A DNA stretch of 28,082 nt from a bacterium (GCA_040005935.1 JBDTXZ010000001.1:1-28082), one strand, 5' to 3'. Positions 1 through 9,021 are shown, counted from the first letter of the stretch. Translations and numbers: made by a program. The notes: generated by a model from the sequence alone, not told the origin.

Positions 1-1
1 G

Positions 2-1018
2 GTCGCGCATCCAGGGCTGCTGGTTGTCCTCGAAAGCACGACATACCCGGGAACAACGCGTGAAGTTGTGCTCCCACTGCTCACGTCGGCTGGCTACACC
101 GTGGGCGACGACATCTTCGTCGCGTTCAGCCCGGAGCGCGTCGATCCAGGCAATCCGGTCTACAACACGCGCAACACGCCCAAGGTCGTCGGTGGCATCA
201 CGCCCAACTGCACTGAGCTCGCCACTGCGCTCTACGCCTCGTGTATCGAGACGATAGTCCCAGTGAGCTCCACCGAAGTCGCCGAGCTGGTAAAGCTGCT
301 CGAGAACACCTTTCGGTCCGTCAACATCGCCATGGCAAATGAAATGGCGATCGTGTGCGACAAGCTCGGAGTGGACGTCTGGGAGGTCATTGATGCCGCG
401 GCCACCAAGCCGTTCGGGTTCATGAAGTTCACGCCAGGCCCGGGCATTGGCGGTCACTGCATTCCGCTCGACCCGCACTACCTCGCCTGGAAGATGCGCA
501 CGCTCAACTACCGCACGCGCTTCATCGAGCTGGCCGGCGAAGTCAATACCGCTATGCCCGCCTACGTCGTCGAGAAGGTCGCGCACGCACTCAACGGCGT
601 TCGCAAGCCAGTGAACGGCAGCTCGGTGCTCATCCTTGGCGTCGCTTACAAGCGCGATATCGACGATGTGCGCGAGAGCCCAGCGCTCGATGTCATCCGG
701 TTGCTCGAGTCGCACGGCGCGACGGTCACGTACCACGATCCGTACATCCCCACCGTGCGCGATGAGAGCGACGGCCACGACGGCCCTGCCGGCGGCGAGC
801 CCCCCCGCCTGCGCCATAGCGTACCACTCACCCCCGAGACTCTGTCAGCGGCGGATGCGGTCGTGATTGTCACCGATCACCGCTCGATCGACTATCAGGC
901 GGTCGTGGACAATGCGGCGCTCGTGGTCGACACGCGGAACGCCACGGCCACGGTGCGACCTGGCCGCGCGTCGATCGTCGCCCTGTCGGGCCGAGCGTCG
1001 ATCAGCGCGACGACCTGA
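2..1018 (+). CDS. Nucleotide-sugar (UDP-HexNAc) 6-dehydrogenase, WbpA/WecC/TviB-like; 5'-truncated by the window edge
   Basis: The frame is open from base 2 (VAHPGLLVVLESTTYPGTT...). Motifs: ESTTYPGTT, FSPERVDPG, KLLENTFRSVN, catalytic-Cys region PGPGIGGHCIPLDP, GVAYKRDIDDVRESP. Exact substrate cannot be read from sequence. Confidence 0.93.
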   Translation, partial: VAHPGLLVVLESTTYPGTTREVVLPLLTSAGYTVGDDIFVAFSPERVDPGNPVYNTRNTPKVVGGITPNCTELATALYASCIETIVPVSSTEVAELVKLLENTFRSVNIAMANEMAIVCDKLGVDVWEVIDAAATKPFGFMKFTPGPGIGGHCIPLDPHYLAWKMRTLNYRTRFIELAGEVNTAMPAYVVEKVAHALNGVRKPVNGSSVLILGVAYKRDIDDVRESPALDVIRLLESHGATVTYHDPYIPTVRDESDGHDGPAGGEPPRLRHSVPLTPETLSAADAVVIVTDHRSIDYQAVVDNAALVVDTRNATATVRPGRASIVALSGRASISATT

Positions 1019-1035
1019 GCTCGGCCACGCAGGGC

Positions 1036-2142
1036 GTGTCAGTCTCCTCGCCGGACGCGGAATCGGCATCCAGCCCGGCGAGGGGACTCCCACAGTCGCT
1101 CGAAGCAGGTCTGGCGCGAAAACATCTCGCCGGCATCGATGGTTTGCGGGCTGTTGCTGCTCTCCTCGTCGTGCTTTATCACGCGGAAGTCCCGCTGATC
1201 CCCGCGAGCACCGGGGTGCTCGCGTTCTTCGTGCTCAGCGGATTCCTGATCACACGATTGATCATCGCGGAAGAGCAGCAGACTGGCACGGTGTCGCTGG
1301 CGCGATTCTACATTCGCCGAAGCTTTCGCATCTTCCCCGCATTCTACGCCTATTGGCTGATCGTCATGGCCTACATTGTGGCCAGGCATCATCCGATCAA
1401 CTGGCCGCACTCGCTGTCGGCGTTCCTTTACGTCTCGAACTACTACCAGGCCATCCTCGGCGACCCCGCGAATGGCCTGAGTCACACGTGGTCACTGGCC
1501 ATCGAGGAGCAGTTTTATCTGCTCTGGCCCTTCGTGTTCATGCTGCTGCGAACGAACGAGCGGCGGTTCAAGGCGTTGATCGTGCTGGTGCCTGTACTCT
1601 GGCTGTACCGCGAATCGTTGATCTATGTCTTCGACGTAAACCAGCGGTACATCTACGAGGCGTTCGATACGCGTGTCGATCACATCCTCATGGGATGCTT
1701 GTTGGCCGTCGCGTTGGAGGGTGGTCACTTCAAGGGGCTGTGGAAGGTCGTTTGCGCCACACCGTATATGATGCTGCTCACGATCGCGCTGATATTCCTT
1801 GCGGTGACGGGGGCGACGATGGTGCATGTGCGTGACTATCGGGACGCCGTCGAATTTGTCGTCGTGCCGGTACTGTGCGCGATGCTCGTTGCTCAACTCG
1901 TCGCCTTTCCCGCAAGCGTCATCGCGAGTCCATTCAATTGGGCCTGGATGCGCTTTCTGGGAAAGATTTCATACTCGATTTACCTCTATCAACAGTTGGT
2001 CGTTTATCCATCGATGAAACTGTTCGAAGGAATTCCGGTGCTCGGTGTCGTGACGGCGATAGCGGCCAGCATCGCCTGCGCGACACTCTCGTTCTACCTC
2101 ATCGAGCAACCGTTCCTTCGGATGCGGCAGCGCTACTCCTGA
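1036..2142 (+). CDS. Acyltransferase-3 (OafA-like) membrane O-acyltransferase, no SGNH domain
   Basis: IDGLRAVAALLVVLYH, FFVLSGFLIT, FYIRRSFRIFP, WSLAIEEQFYLLWP, LGKISYSIYLYQ, FYLIEQPF; many hydrophobic segments; 368 aa. Confidence 0.93.
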   Translation: MSVSSPDAESASSPARGLPQSLEAGLARKHLAGIDGLRAVAALLVVLYHAEVPLIPASTGVLAFFVLSGFLITRLIIAEEQQTGTVSLARFYIRRSFRIFPAFYAYWLIVMAYIVARHHPINWPHSLSAFLYVSNYYQAILGDPANGLSHTWSLAIEEQFYLLWPFVFMLLRTNERRFKALIVLVPVLWLYRESLIYVFDVNQRYIYEAFDTRVDHILMGCLLAVALEGGHFKGLWKVVCATPYMMLLTIALIFLAVTGATMVHVRDYRDAVEFVVVPVLCAMLVAQLVAFPASVIASPFNWAWMRFLGKISYSIYLYQQLVVYPSMKLFEGIPVLGVVTAIAASIACATLSFYLIEQPFLRMRQRYS

Positions 2143-2149
2143 GGCCCTG

Positions 2150-3268
2150 ATGTTTTACTTCGGCCTTGCCTCGCTGGTGGCCCTCGTGGCGATCTGGGGA
2201 GCCTATCCAGTCGTTGTGCGCGTGCTCGGCACATTTCGGCGCGACCGAGGTGAAGACACGTCAGGTGCGACGCCGACGGTGACCGTCATCATTGCGAGCC
2301 ACGATGAAGCGGCCGCGATCAACGCCCGCGTCGACGACGTATTGCAGGCGGACTATCCCGCGGACCGCATCGCGGTGATCGTTGCGCTGGACTCGGCCCG
2401 TGCCCGGTCTACGGTAGAGGGTTTACGTCGAGCGGATTCGCGCGTGACCGTCCTTGTCGGTGACGCGCCGGGCGGCAAGGCATCGTCGCTCAACGCCGCG
2501 GTCCGCGCTGCCCAACACGAACTGCTCGTCTTCACAGACACCGCCCAGCGATTCGAGACAGATGCGATCCGAGAGCTCGTCAGGGAGTTTTGCGATGTGC
2601 GAATTGGCGCCGCATCGGGCATGCTGGAACTCGGCCGCAGCGGCCGGATACTCAATCTTGCCGAACGGTATTGGCTCTACGAACGCTGGCTTCGGCACTG
2701 GGAGGCGCGCCTCCACTCCGCAGTGGGCGTCACGGGAGCCATCTACGCCATGCGCCGCGAGTTGTGGGAGCCCCTGCCCGCCGGGTTGATCCTGGATGAC
2801 CTCTACGGACCTATGCGACTCGTCCTTCGAGGATGGCGGGTCGGGTTCACGGAACGTGCGCGTGCGCATGACGCCCGGCGCTTCGCGGCCTCGGATGAGT
2901 ACCGGCGCAAAGTGCGCACCCTGACGGGGGTCATCCAGACGACGGTATGGCTGGACGGCATACTCAATCCAATTCGTAACCCAATCTGGCTGCAGTTCGT
3001 CTTCCACAAGCTACTGCGCCTCGTCACACCGTACCTTACGATCTTCGTTGGCGTTGCCGCAGTGTGGAGTGTCGTATTGGCCCTCTTGGCGAGTCCAATG
3101 GGCATGCGAACCTTGTCCGGGGCGGTAATACTGTCCATGCTTCTGTTTCTGGTTCCCCGAGTACGCCGCATCGTCAGGGCGCAGGTCGCGTGGGCGGTGG
3201 CGTTGCAGAGCTCCATTGTCGTCGCCACGCTGAATGGTGTCCGCGGACGATGGAACGTCTGGCAATGA
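2150..3268 (+). CDS. Glycosyltransferase family 2 with C-terminal membrane segments
   Basis: VTVIIASHDE, GKASSLN, LVFTDT, GAIYAMRR, ILDD, EYRRKVR; hydrophobic N- and C-terminal helices; GAGG Shine-Dalgarno before the ATG. Confidence 0.9.
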   Translation: MFYFGLASLVALVAIWGAYPVVVRVLGTFRRDRGEDTSGATPTVTVIIASHDEAAAINARVDDVLQADYPADRIAVIVALDSARARSTVEGLRRADSRVTVLVGDAPGGKASSLNAAVRAAQHELLVFTDTAQRFETDAIRELVREFCDVRIGAASGMLELGRSGRILNLAERYWLYERWLRHWEARLHSAVGVTGAIYAMRRELWEPLPAGLILDDLYGPMRLVLRGWRVGFTERARAHDARRFAASDEYRRKVRTLTGVIQTTVWLDGILNPIRNPIWLQFVFHKLLRLVTPYLTIFVGVAAVWSVVLALLASPMGMRTLSGAVILSMLLFLVPRVRRIVRAQVAWAVALQSSIVVATLNGVRGRWNVWQ

Positions 3269-3384
3269 CTGGGTACGGCGCGTGCCCGACTCGTCCGAAC
3301 GACATCGGGCCAAGGACGATGCACGACCTGCTTTCGATTTTCCCTGGATTGCAATTGTCACCTTTTCTGAAAGGGCCGCTGTGA
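3265..3384 (+). CDS. Possible 39-aa small ORF (MTGYGACPTRPNDIGPRTMHDLLSIFPGLQLSPFLKGPL)
   Basis: Its ATG overlaps the GT2 stop (ATGA 3265-3268) and its TGA overlaps the exosortase GTG (GTGA 3381-3384). Codons are less GC3-biased than neighbours and no family was recognised. Confidence 0.3.
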   Translation: MTGYGACPTRPNDIGPRTMHDLLSIFPGLQLSPFLKGPL

Positions 3385-4358
3385 CGACTGAAGCAGCGAC
3401 AACTGGTGACGTTGGCCGAGCATTGGGGGACCTTCGGCTTCGCGTCGACTCGCTGCGCGCCGATCCGCGTGCTGGTGCGCAGCAACTGCTCCCTGCCACT
3501 GTGACGGCCGTGACGTTCGCGTTGCTTTTCGCACAGCCCTTCGCGCAGCTGGTGCGCGATTGGTGGACGCTGCCCGAAGCCGGGCATGGTCTCCTCCTGG
3601 CGCCTGTCGCGATGTGGCTTGCCTGGAAAGCGGGTATTCGCCGCGATGCGGTGGGCAATCCAGGTATGGGCGTCGCGGTGCTCGTGCTGGCTATCCTGCT
3701 ACGCTACATGGCCGGTTTGGCGGCTGAACTATTCACGATGCGCGCCTCGATCGTGATGGCCCTTGGAGCCCTCACGATCTACCACTATGGTTTCCGCCAG
3801 CTCGTGCATTGGTGGCTGCCGTTTCTTCTCGGAGGTCTGGCCATTCCGCTGCCCGAGTTGGTGACGCAGGGGCTCGCGTTGCCACTGCAGTTCAAGGCCT
3901 CGCAGATGGGCGCCGCGCTGCTGAAAATGCGGGACGTGCCGGTGCGGCTCACGGGAAACGTCATTCGCATTCCAGGGAATGAGCTTTTCGTCACTGAGGC
4001 GTGCAGTGGTCTTCGTTCGCTCACGGCGTTGCTCGCGCTCGCAGTGCTGCTGGGCGGTCTGGTGTTGCGCAGTCCAATCACGCGTGTGGTCCTTGTGCTC
4101 CTGGCCATTCCCATCGCTGTCGTGATCAACGGCGTCCGCGTATTCCTGACCGGATTTCTCGTCTACTTCGTGGATCCGGCGCTGGGCAAGGGATTCATGC
4201 ATATCACTGAAGGGTGGCTGCTGTTTCTCGTGTCATTGGCATGCATGGGTGTGGTCGCGTGGCTGGGCGGATGGCTCGAAGGGCTTTTCTTGCGCACGCG
4301 CACTTCGCCCGGGCTCGACATGGATGCGGGTCTGTACGCCGAACCGGGTGTTGTTTGA
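3381..4358 (+). CDS. xrt: Exosortase (EpsH/Xrt family), multi-TM cysteine transpeptidase-like
   Basis: HGLLLAP, LPLQFKAS, VTEACSGLRSL (catalytic Cys), INGVRV (Arg), HITEGW (His). Start moved from the ORF-track 3234 to GTG 3381, which follows GAAAGGG; 325 aa. Confidence 0.92.
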   Translation: MTTEAATTGDVGRALGDLRLRVDSLRADPRAGAQQLLPATVTAVTFALLFAQPFAQLVRDWWTLPEAGHGLLLAPVAMWLAWKAGIRRDAVGNPGMGVAVLVLAILLRYMAGLAAELFTMRASIVMALGALTIYHYGFRQLVHWWLPFLLGGLAIPLPELVTQGLALPLQFKASQMGAALLKMRDVPVRLTGNVIRIPGNELFVTEACSGLRSLTALLALAVLLGGLVLRSPITRVVLVLLAIPIAVVINGVRVFLTGFLVYFVDPALGKGFMHITEGWLLFLVSLACMGVVAWLGGWLEGLFLRTRTSPGLDMDAGLYAEPGVV

Positions 4359-5113
4359 TGACAGCTACCGAGACTCCCGTGCGACGCTTCCTTCCCGGCG
4401 CCCTTCTGGCGATCGGCGTCCTACTCGTGTTTTCATCGCGCTCTCAGAGCATCGTTCCGCTCATCGGGTCGCTTCAGACTGTTCTTCCGGTGTGGGAGGG
4501 GCTGAATACCACAGACCAGAAGGTCACCGACGAGGAAAAGCGCGTGGCGGGTATGACCGACTACGTCGCCCGAGTCTTTTGGAAGGACAGCTCCAACGTG
4601 GCGTTCACGACGTACGTCGGGTACTACGACCGCCAGTCGCAGGGCCATTCGATGCATTCGCCAAAGAACTGCCTTCCAGGTGCCGGTTGGGAGATTCTTG
4701 AGACCAATGTCGCGACTATCGCTTCCCCGGCGAGCGGGAATGTGGTGGTGAACAAGTACTTGCTGAAGAACGGCACGCGGGAAGCGGTCGTGTACTACTG
4801 GTATCAGGGTCGCGGCCGCATTGTGGCCAGCGAGTACGCTGTGAAGTGGAATTTGCTCCATGATGCGGCGCTCCTCGGTCACACCGAAGAGGCGTTGGTC
4901 CGAGTCGTGGCGTACGTGCCGCGAGCAAGCGAGCTACCGGCTGGCAGTACGGCTGCGCAGGCGCACGCGTCTGCGGAGCAGCTCGGTGCCCAGGTTGCCA
5001 GTCGGCTTCTCACGGAAGTTGCGCGAGTAATCCCCCCTTCCAACAAGCAAACGGCGTCGCGCGAGCAAAGTCCCACGCGATCGAATCGCACCATGGCAAG
5101 CAGCCTGGACTGA
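4358..5113 (+). CDS. epsI: Exosortase-associated EpsI family protein
   Basis: N-terminal TM/signal (FLPGALLAIGVLLVFS), YYDRQ...HSPKNCLPGAGW, VVYYWYQGRGR, EEALVRV. The ATG at 4358 overlaps the exosortase stop (TGATG); 251 aa. Confidence 0.88.
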   Translation: MTATETPVRRFLPGALLAIGVLLVFSSRSQSIVPLIGSLQTVLPVWEGLNTTDQKVTDEEKRVAGMTDYVARVFWKDSSNVAFTTYVGYYDRQSQGHSMHSPKNCLPGAGWEILETNVATIASPASGNVVVNKYLLKNGTREAVVYYWYQGRGRIVASEYAVKWNLLHDAALLGHTEEALVRVVAYVPRASELPAGSTAAQAHASAEQLGAQVASRLLTEVARVIPPSNKQTASREQSPTRSNRTMASSLD

Positions 5114-5131
5114 GCTCGCTGACGAGCTTAG
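5110..5131 (+). terminator. 9-bp stem-loop at the epsI stop codon (possible transcript end or stabiliser)
   Basis: CTGAGCTCG-ctga-CGAGCTTAG pairs fully with one G:U. There is no U-tract, so it is not a classic intrinsic terminator. Confidence 0.35.
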
Positions 5132-5303
5132 CAGGTCAACAGTAAAGCGCCGAGCCCTTGCGTTCGTCGCGATCGCGCGAAGATTTGCATCATCGCCCGG
5201 CCTGTCGGCTTTCTCGGTCCGGCCAGACGGGAGTCTTCAGATCCTATCGTGATCAACGCTTTAACGTGCGACCGCCGCAGCGGTCGTTCTGCACCGGGAG
5301 ACT

Positions 5304-7742
5304 ATGTACCCGTCCATAAGAAAGGGCGTATTGATGTTCGGCGTTCTCTCGCTCGCATGCGGTGGTGAGCCCACGCAAGCGCCTCCGACGAGCAATGCCA
5401 GCATTCCAGCGGTCGTGGTCATTACGCAGCCTTCCAACTCCAATGTCCTCGTAGGCGAAACGATTTCGCTCATCGCCGCGGTGAAGAACGCGGCGGGCGC
5501 CGAGGTCTTCAGCACGCCCGTGGTATGGACCACATCCGACGCGTCCGTCGCGACCATCTCGTCGAGCGGCATTGTTACTGGGGTCGGCAGCGGCTCGGTT
5601 TCGATCACCGCGACAGCGGGCGGGCGGAGTGCATCGATCATCCTCACCGTCAAATACGCTCCCGTTAAGGCGCTTTCGATTTCCGTGAAGGGATCGATCT
5701 GGCTCTCGGAAGTGGCGCCGGCGACGTTCGTGGCGATCGACTCGCTGGGGAAAACTGTCGTCGGCCGAAACGTATCGTGGACCACTCGTAACTCGGCCAT
5801 CGCGACCGTGTCCAGCAGCGGACAGGTCGCCGGAATCTCTGTCGGCACAGCGACAATCGAGGGCTCGATCGACGGCGTGGTCGCGTCCGCGACGGTAAGC
5901 GTCTCCAAGGCGCCGTTTATCATCTCTGTGTCCACGCCCTCGAATGCGTTGTTGGTGAACGACCAAATTCAGGCCACGGCGCTCATCAAGGACACCCTGG
6001 GCAACACGATCACGACCGTTCCACCCGCCTGGACATCCAGCGCGCCTTCCCGAGTGTCGGTGTCCGCGGCGGGCGTCGTCACGCAAATCCAGGGCGGGCC
6101 GCAATCCAAGGTGACGATTTTCGCGAGCCTTGGCGGCGTCACAGCGAGTACGGACATTCCACTCATGGGCCACGCTGCCGAAGCGGCTCCGGCGTTGCCG
6201 GCGGTCTTCCTGAATACTGCCGCGCCGGATGCACCGGATATTGGCGGCGTCGTCCGGAGCGTTTCGACGAGCTCTGGTCTTCAGGCCGCTCTCGATGCCG
6301 CGCTACCGGGCGATGTGGTGGAGCTCGCCGCGGGTGTTGTGTTTACGGGCAATTACGTGTTGAAGACCAAAAGCGTGTCGTCCAAGTGGATCACCATTCG
6401 TCCGTCGAACTACGCCAGCCTGCCCGCAGAAGGAAGTCGCATGACACCGACAATCGCGGCGGCCCTCCATCTACCGCGCATCGAGACCGCGAGTATCAAC
6501 AACGCGATCGGTTTTGCGGCTGGAGCGAACCACTACCGCATTACGGGCATCGAAGTCGGGCTCAAGGTGGGCACTCCGTTGACCTATGCGCTCATCAACA
6601 CCGAGTCGGCAACGGGCCAGAAGACGCTGGCAGAAATCCCGAGCGACATCGTGCTTGATCGCGTCTACGTGCACGGTTCATCGACGCAAACACTGCGACG
6701 CTGCGTCGCCCTCAACTCCGCGTCCTCCGCTGTCATCGACTCGTACCTGAGCGATTGCCACGAAAACGGTTCGGACTCGCAGGCCATCGCGATCTGGAAC
6801 GGTCCTGGCCCGTTCAAGATCGTCAACAACTACCTCGAAGCGGCTGGCGAGAACATCATCATCGGCGGCAACGATCCGTCCATTTCGGGGCTCACGCCGA
6901 GCGACATCGAAATCCGCCGCAATCACTTCTTCAAACAGCCGTCGTGGAAGGGCCTGTGGACGGTGAAGAACCTGCTCGAGACGAAAAACGCCCAGCGCGT
7001 GCTCATTGAAGGCAACATCCTTCAGAACAGCTGGACGAGTGGCCAGAACGGACTCGGCGTCGGATTCAAGTCGTCGAACCAGAACGGCTCATGCATCTGG
7101 TGCGTGTCGCAGGACATCACGTACCGGTTGAATTTCCTTCAGAACGTCGGCGCGGCGTATAACATCGGCTCATCGCCGGACAACGCGTACAAGACCATTC
7201 ATGCACGCCGCATCTCCATGACGGACAACATTGCTACCAACATCAACACCGACCCGCAGTTCAATGGCGACGGCCGTGCGTTTCTGACTGACGGCGATCT
7301 AAGGGATGTCGTGATCGCACACAACACCACGCTGACGGAGACGCATGCGTTCGTGATGGGTGGCGCGCCGGCGGTGAGCCTCGCGGTCCGTGACAATATC
7401 TTTGGCACCAGGCTGTACGCCATCCTCGGAACTGGCTACAGCGGCGGCGCAGCGTTCGCGCACTTCGCTCCCGCGGGCTTCTTGCTTCAGAATATCTTCA
7501 TCGCCGATCCAAGCTTGGCGTCGTCGAACTTTGGGAAACTCACCGGCGCGGGTGGCTATCCCGTTTCGAACTACTTCGAGAGTGGTTACCTGAGTTCGAA
7601 CGTCGCCTTCACCAATTCGGCGATCGGAAATTTCTCGCTGCTCAGTAGCAGTGCGTACAAGAACAAGGGCACAGATGGCGCCGATATTGGCGCGGACGTG
7701 GCGGCGGTGAACGCGGCCATCGCCAACGTTATCGTCCCGTAG
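5304..7742 (+). CDS. Lipoprotein with three Ig-like (Big_2-type) repeats and a C-terminal right-handed beta-helix domain of unknown function
   Basis: Lipobox-like SLAC (Cys19, TGC 5358-5360) after a basic then hydrophobic signal. Three repeats with WTTSDASVATISSSG / WTTRNSAIATVSSSG / WTSSAPSRVSVSAAG (about 5406-6164). Beta-helix-style I/V-x-x-N ladders (KIVNNYLE, IEIRRNH, LIEGNIL, IAHNT). GGGAG SD at 5296-5300. Confidence 0.8.
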   Translation: MYPSIRKGVLMFGVLSLACGGEPTQAPPTSNASIPAVVVITQPSNSNVLVGETISLIAAVKNAAGAEVFSTPVVWTTSDASVATISSSGIVTGVGSGSVSITATAGGRSASIILTVKYAPVKALSISVKGSIWLSEVAPATFVAIDSLGKTVVGRNVSWTTRNSAIATVSSSGQVAGISVGTATIEGSIDGVVASATVSVSKAPFIISVSTPSNALLVNDQIQATALIKDTLGNTITTVPPAWTSSAPSRVSVSAAGVVTQIQGGPQSKVTIFASLGGVTASTDIPLMGHAAEAAPALPAVFLNTAAPDAPDIGGVVRSVSTSSGLQAALDAALPGDVVELAAGVVFTGNYVLKTKSVSSKWITIRPSNYASLPAEGSRMTPTIAAALHLPRIETASINNAIGFAAGANHYRITGIEVGLKVGTPLTYALINTESATGQKTLAEIPSDIVLDRVYVHGSSTQTLRRCVALNSASSAVIDSYLSDCHENGSDSQAIAIWNGPGPFKIVNNYLEAAGENIIIGGNDPSISGLTPSDIEIRRNHFFKQPSWKGLWTVKNLLETKNAQRVLIEGNILQNSWTSGQNGLGVGFKSSNQNGSCIWCVSQDITYRLNFLQNVGAAYNIGSSPDNAYKTIHARRISMTDNIATNINTDPQFNGDGRAFLTDGDLRDVVIAHNTTLTETHAFVMGGAPAVSLAVRDNIFGTRLYAILGTGYSGGAAFAHFAPAGFLLQNIFIADPSLASSNFGKLTGAGGYPVSNYFESGYLSSNVAFTNSAIGNFSLLSSSAYKNKGTDGADIGADVAAVNAAIANVIVP

Positions 7743-7760
7743 GACCTACCCCCGACGGCC

Positions 7761-7807
7761 GACGCGGCGCTGGCAGATTCCCTGCTGGCGCCGCGTTCGT
7801 GTTTTAC
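7761..7807 (+). terminator. Probable intrinsic terminator between convergent genes
   Basis: ACGCGGCGCTGGCAG-attcc-CTGCTGGCGCCGCGT, a 15-bp stem with two G:U pairs that form only in the + transcript, followed by TCGTGTTTTA. Confidence 0.65.
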
Positions 7808-9021
7808 GCCGACCTCGCGACCAGTATGGGCGCTTCGGGCGCTGCGTGCATGTGGACGCGTCGCTCCAGCACTCGGTCGCGGAGGATCAGGAAGGGGCGC
7901 TCGACCAGCACGAACGTAACCGTGGCGACCGCCATCGACACGAGCGTTCCGACGATGAGGCCCACCGAACTCGCCGCCGCTATCGAGCCCGTCGCGCGAT
8001 GCACGGCTCTGAAGGCGGCGAACGTGATCCCGGGCAAGATGGTGAAGTTGTTCAGGTACATGCCGTAGGACAGGCGTGAGATCGGATACCAAACGCGCCA
8101 CTTGAACGGTGCACTCAAGACTGAGCGATCCCACAATACCCACAGCGTCAGGCCGCCGTAGACGAGGCCCAGGCCAGCGAACGCCCAGATGATCTTGTTC
8201 GTTTGCCGCAGGGCGACGCCGAGTGCGGACGCTCCAAGAAAGATCGCGAGTCCGAGTTGCGAAAACCCAGCGCTGTTCGGTGCACGAAACCGCTCAGGCC
8301 TCAACACGGACGCAAGTGCAATCGTCAGCCCCGCGAGCAGGGCATCGCAATGCAGGAAAATGGGATAGTGCATAGTGTAGAGCAGCATCTTTCCCGTGAC
8401 GCCCTGACTCGTGAGACGCTGCATCACGATAAACCGAAGAATCCATTCCAGCCCGCATGTCGCAGCGATGCCCACGAAGTACCTGCTGGGGCGCTTGACG
8501 AACGCTGTCGCAATGAGCAAGAGCGGGACGATGATGTAGAACTGTTCCTCTGTGGCGAGCGACCAAGCGTCGTCGAACCCTCCGGTGAACCGCGCGAAGT
8601 TCGTGAGTAACAGAAAGTCCCACCGATTTGGATGTACTGGGCCGAACAGTGCGTAGTACGTCACGACAAAGTAGAAGAGGGGCCAGATTCGAAAGCCACG
8701 GCGAAGGATGAACTCCCTGAACTGCACGGAGCCCGTCGTCAACCGCTCGCGCCAGAGTTGCTTGCCAATGAGATAGCCGCTGAGGACAAAGAAGAGGTCG
8801 ACCCCACTCCAGCCCAACTCGAAGAATGGAAAGTGCGCCATGGGCGGCAATTCCATCGCCATGCGGCCAGACCAGAACACGCCGAAGAAGTGCGAGCCAA
8901 CCACAAGGAGGATCGCCATCGCACGCAGTCCGTCGAGCCCCGGCACCTGATGCGCAGGGCGCTGCCAGAGGTCGCGCAACGATTCGCTGACGTATCCGGT
9001 CGTGTGTTTCAGAGAGCGCAT
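7804..9021 (-). CDS. Acyltransferase-3 membrane O-acyltransferase (divergent from the other two)
   Basis: LDGLRAMAILLVVGSH, GVDLFFVLSGYLI, RRGFRIWPLF, WSLATEEQFY, ISRLSYGMYL, FVLVERPFL. Start moved to ATG 9021 (MRSLKH...) because the longer ORF runs through the non-coding tandem repeat; 405 aa. Confidence 0.9.
   Translation of the reverse strand: MRSLKHTTGYVSESLRDLWQRPAHQVPGLDGLRAMAILLVVGSHFFGVFWSGRMAMELPPMAHFPFFELGWSGVDLFFVLSGYLIGKQLWRERLTTGSVQFREFILRRGFRIWPLFYFVVTYYALFGPVHPNRWDFLLLTNFARFTGGFDDAWSLATEEQFYIIVPLLLIATAFVKRPSRYFVGIAATCGLEWILRFIVMQRLTSQGVTGKMLLYTMHYPIFLHCDALLAGLTIALASVLRPERFRAPNSAGFSQLGLAIFLGASALGVALRQTNKIIWAFAGLGLVYGGLTLWVLWDRSVLSAPFKWRVWYPISRLSYGMYLNNFTILPGITFAAFRAVHRATGSIAAASSVGLIVGTLVSMAVATVTFVLVERPFLILRDRVLERRVHMHAAPEAPILVARSA

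Noticed and set aside
5174-5190. Sigma-54 promoter suggested by TTTGCAT (also at 16825-16831)
   Set aside because: Neither site has the TGGCAC -24 element at the required spacing. The shared TTTGCATC 8-mer alone is too weak.
7740-7803. Stop-codon read-through giving the lipoprotein a PEP-CTERM-like tail after ...IVP
   Set aside because: The sequence after TAG translates to DLPPTADAALADSLLAPRS, with no TM helix or basic cluster, and it forms a terminator-like hairpin.
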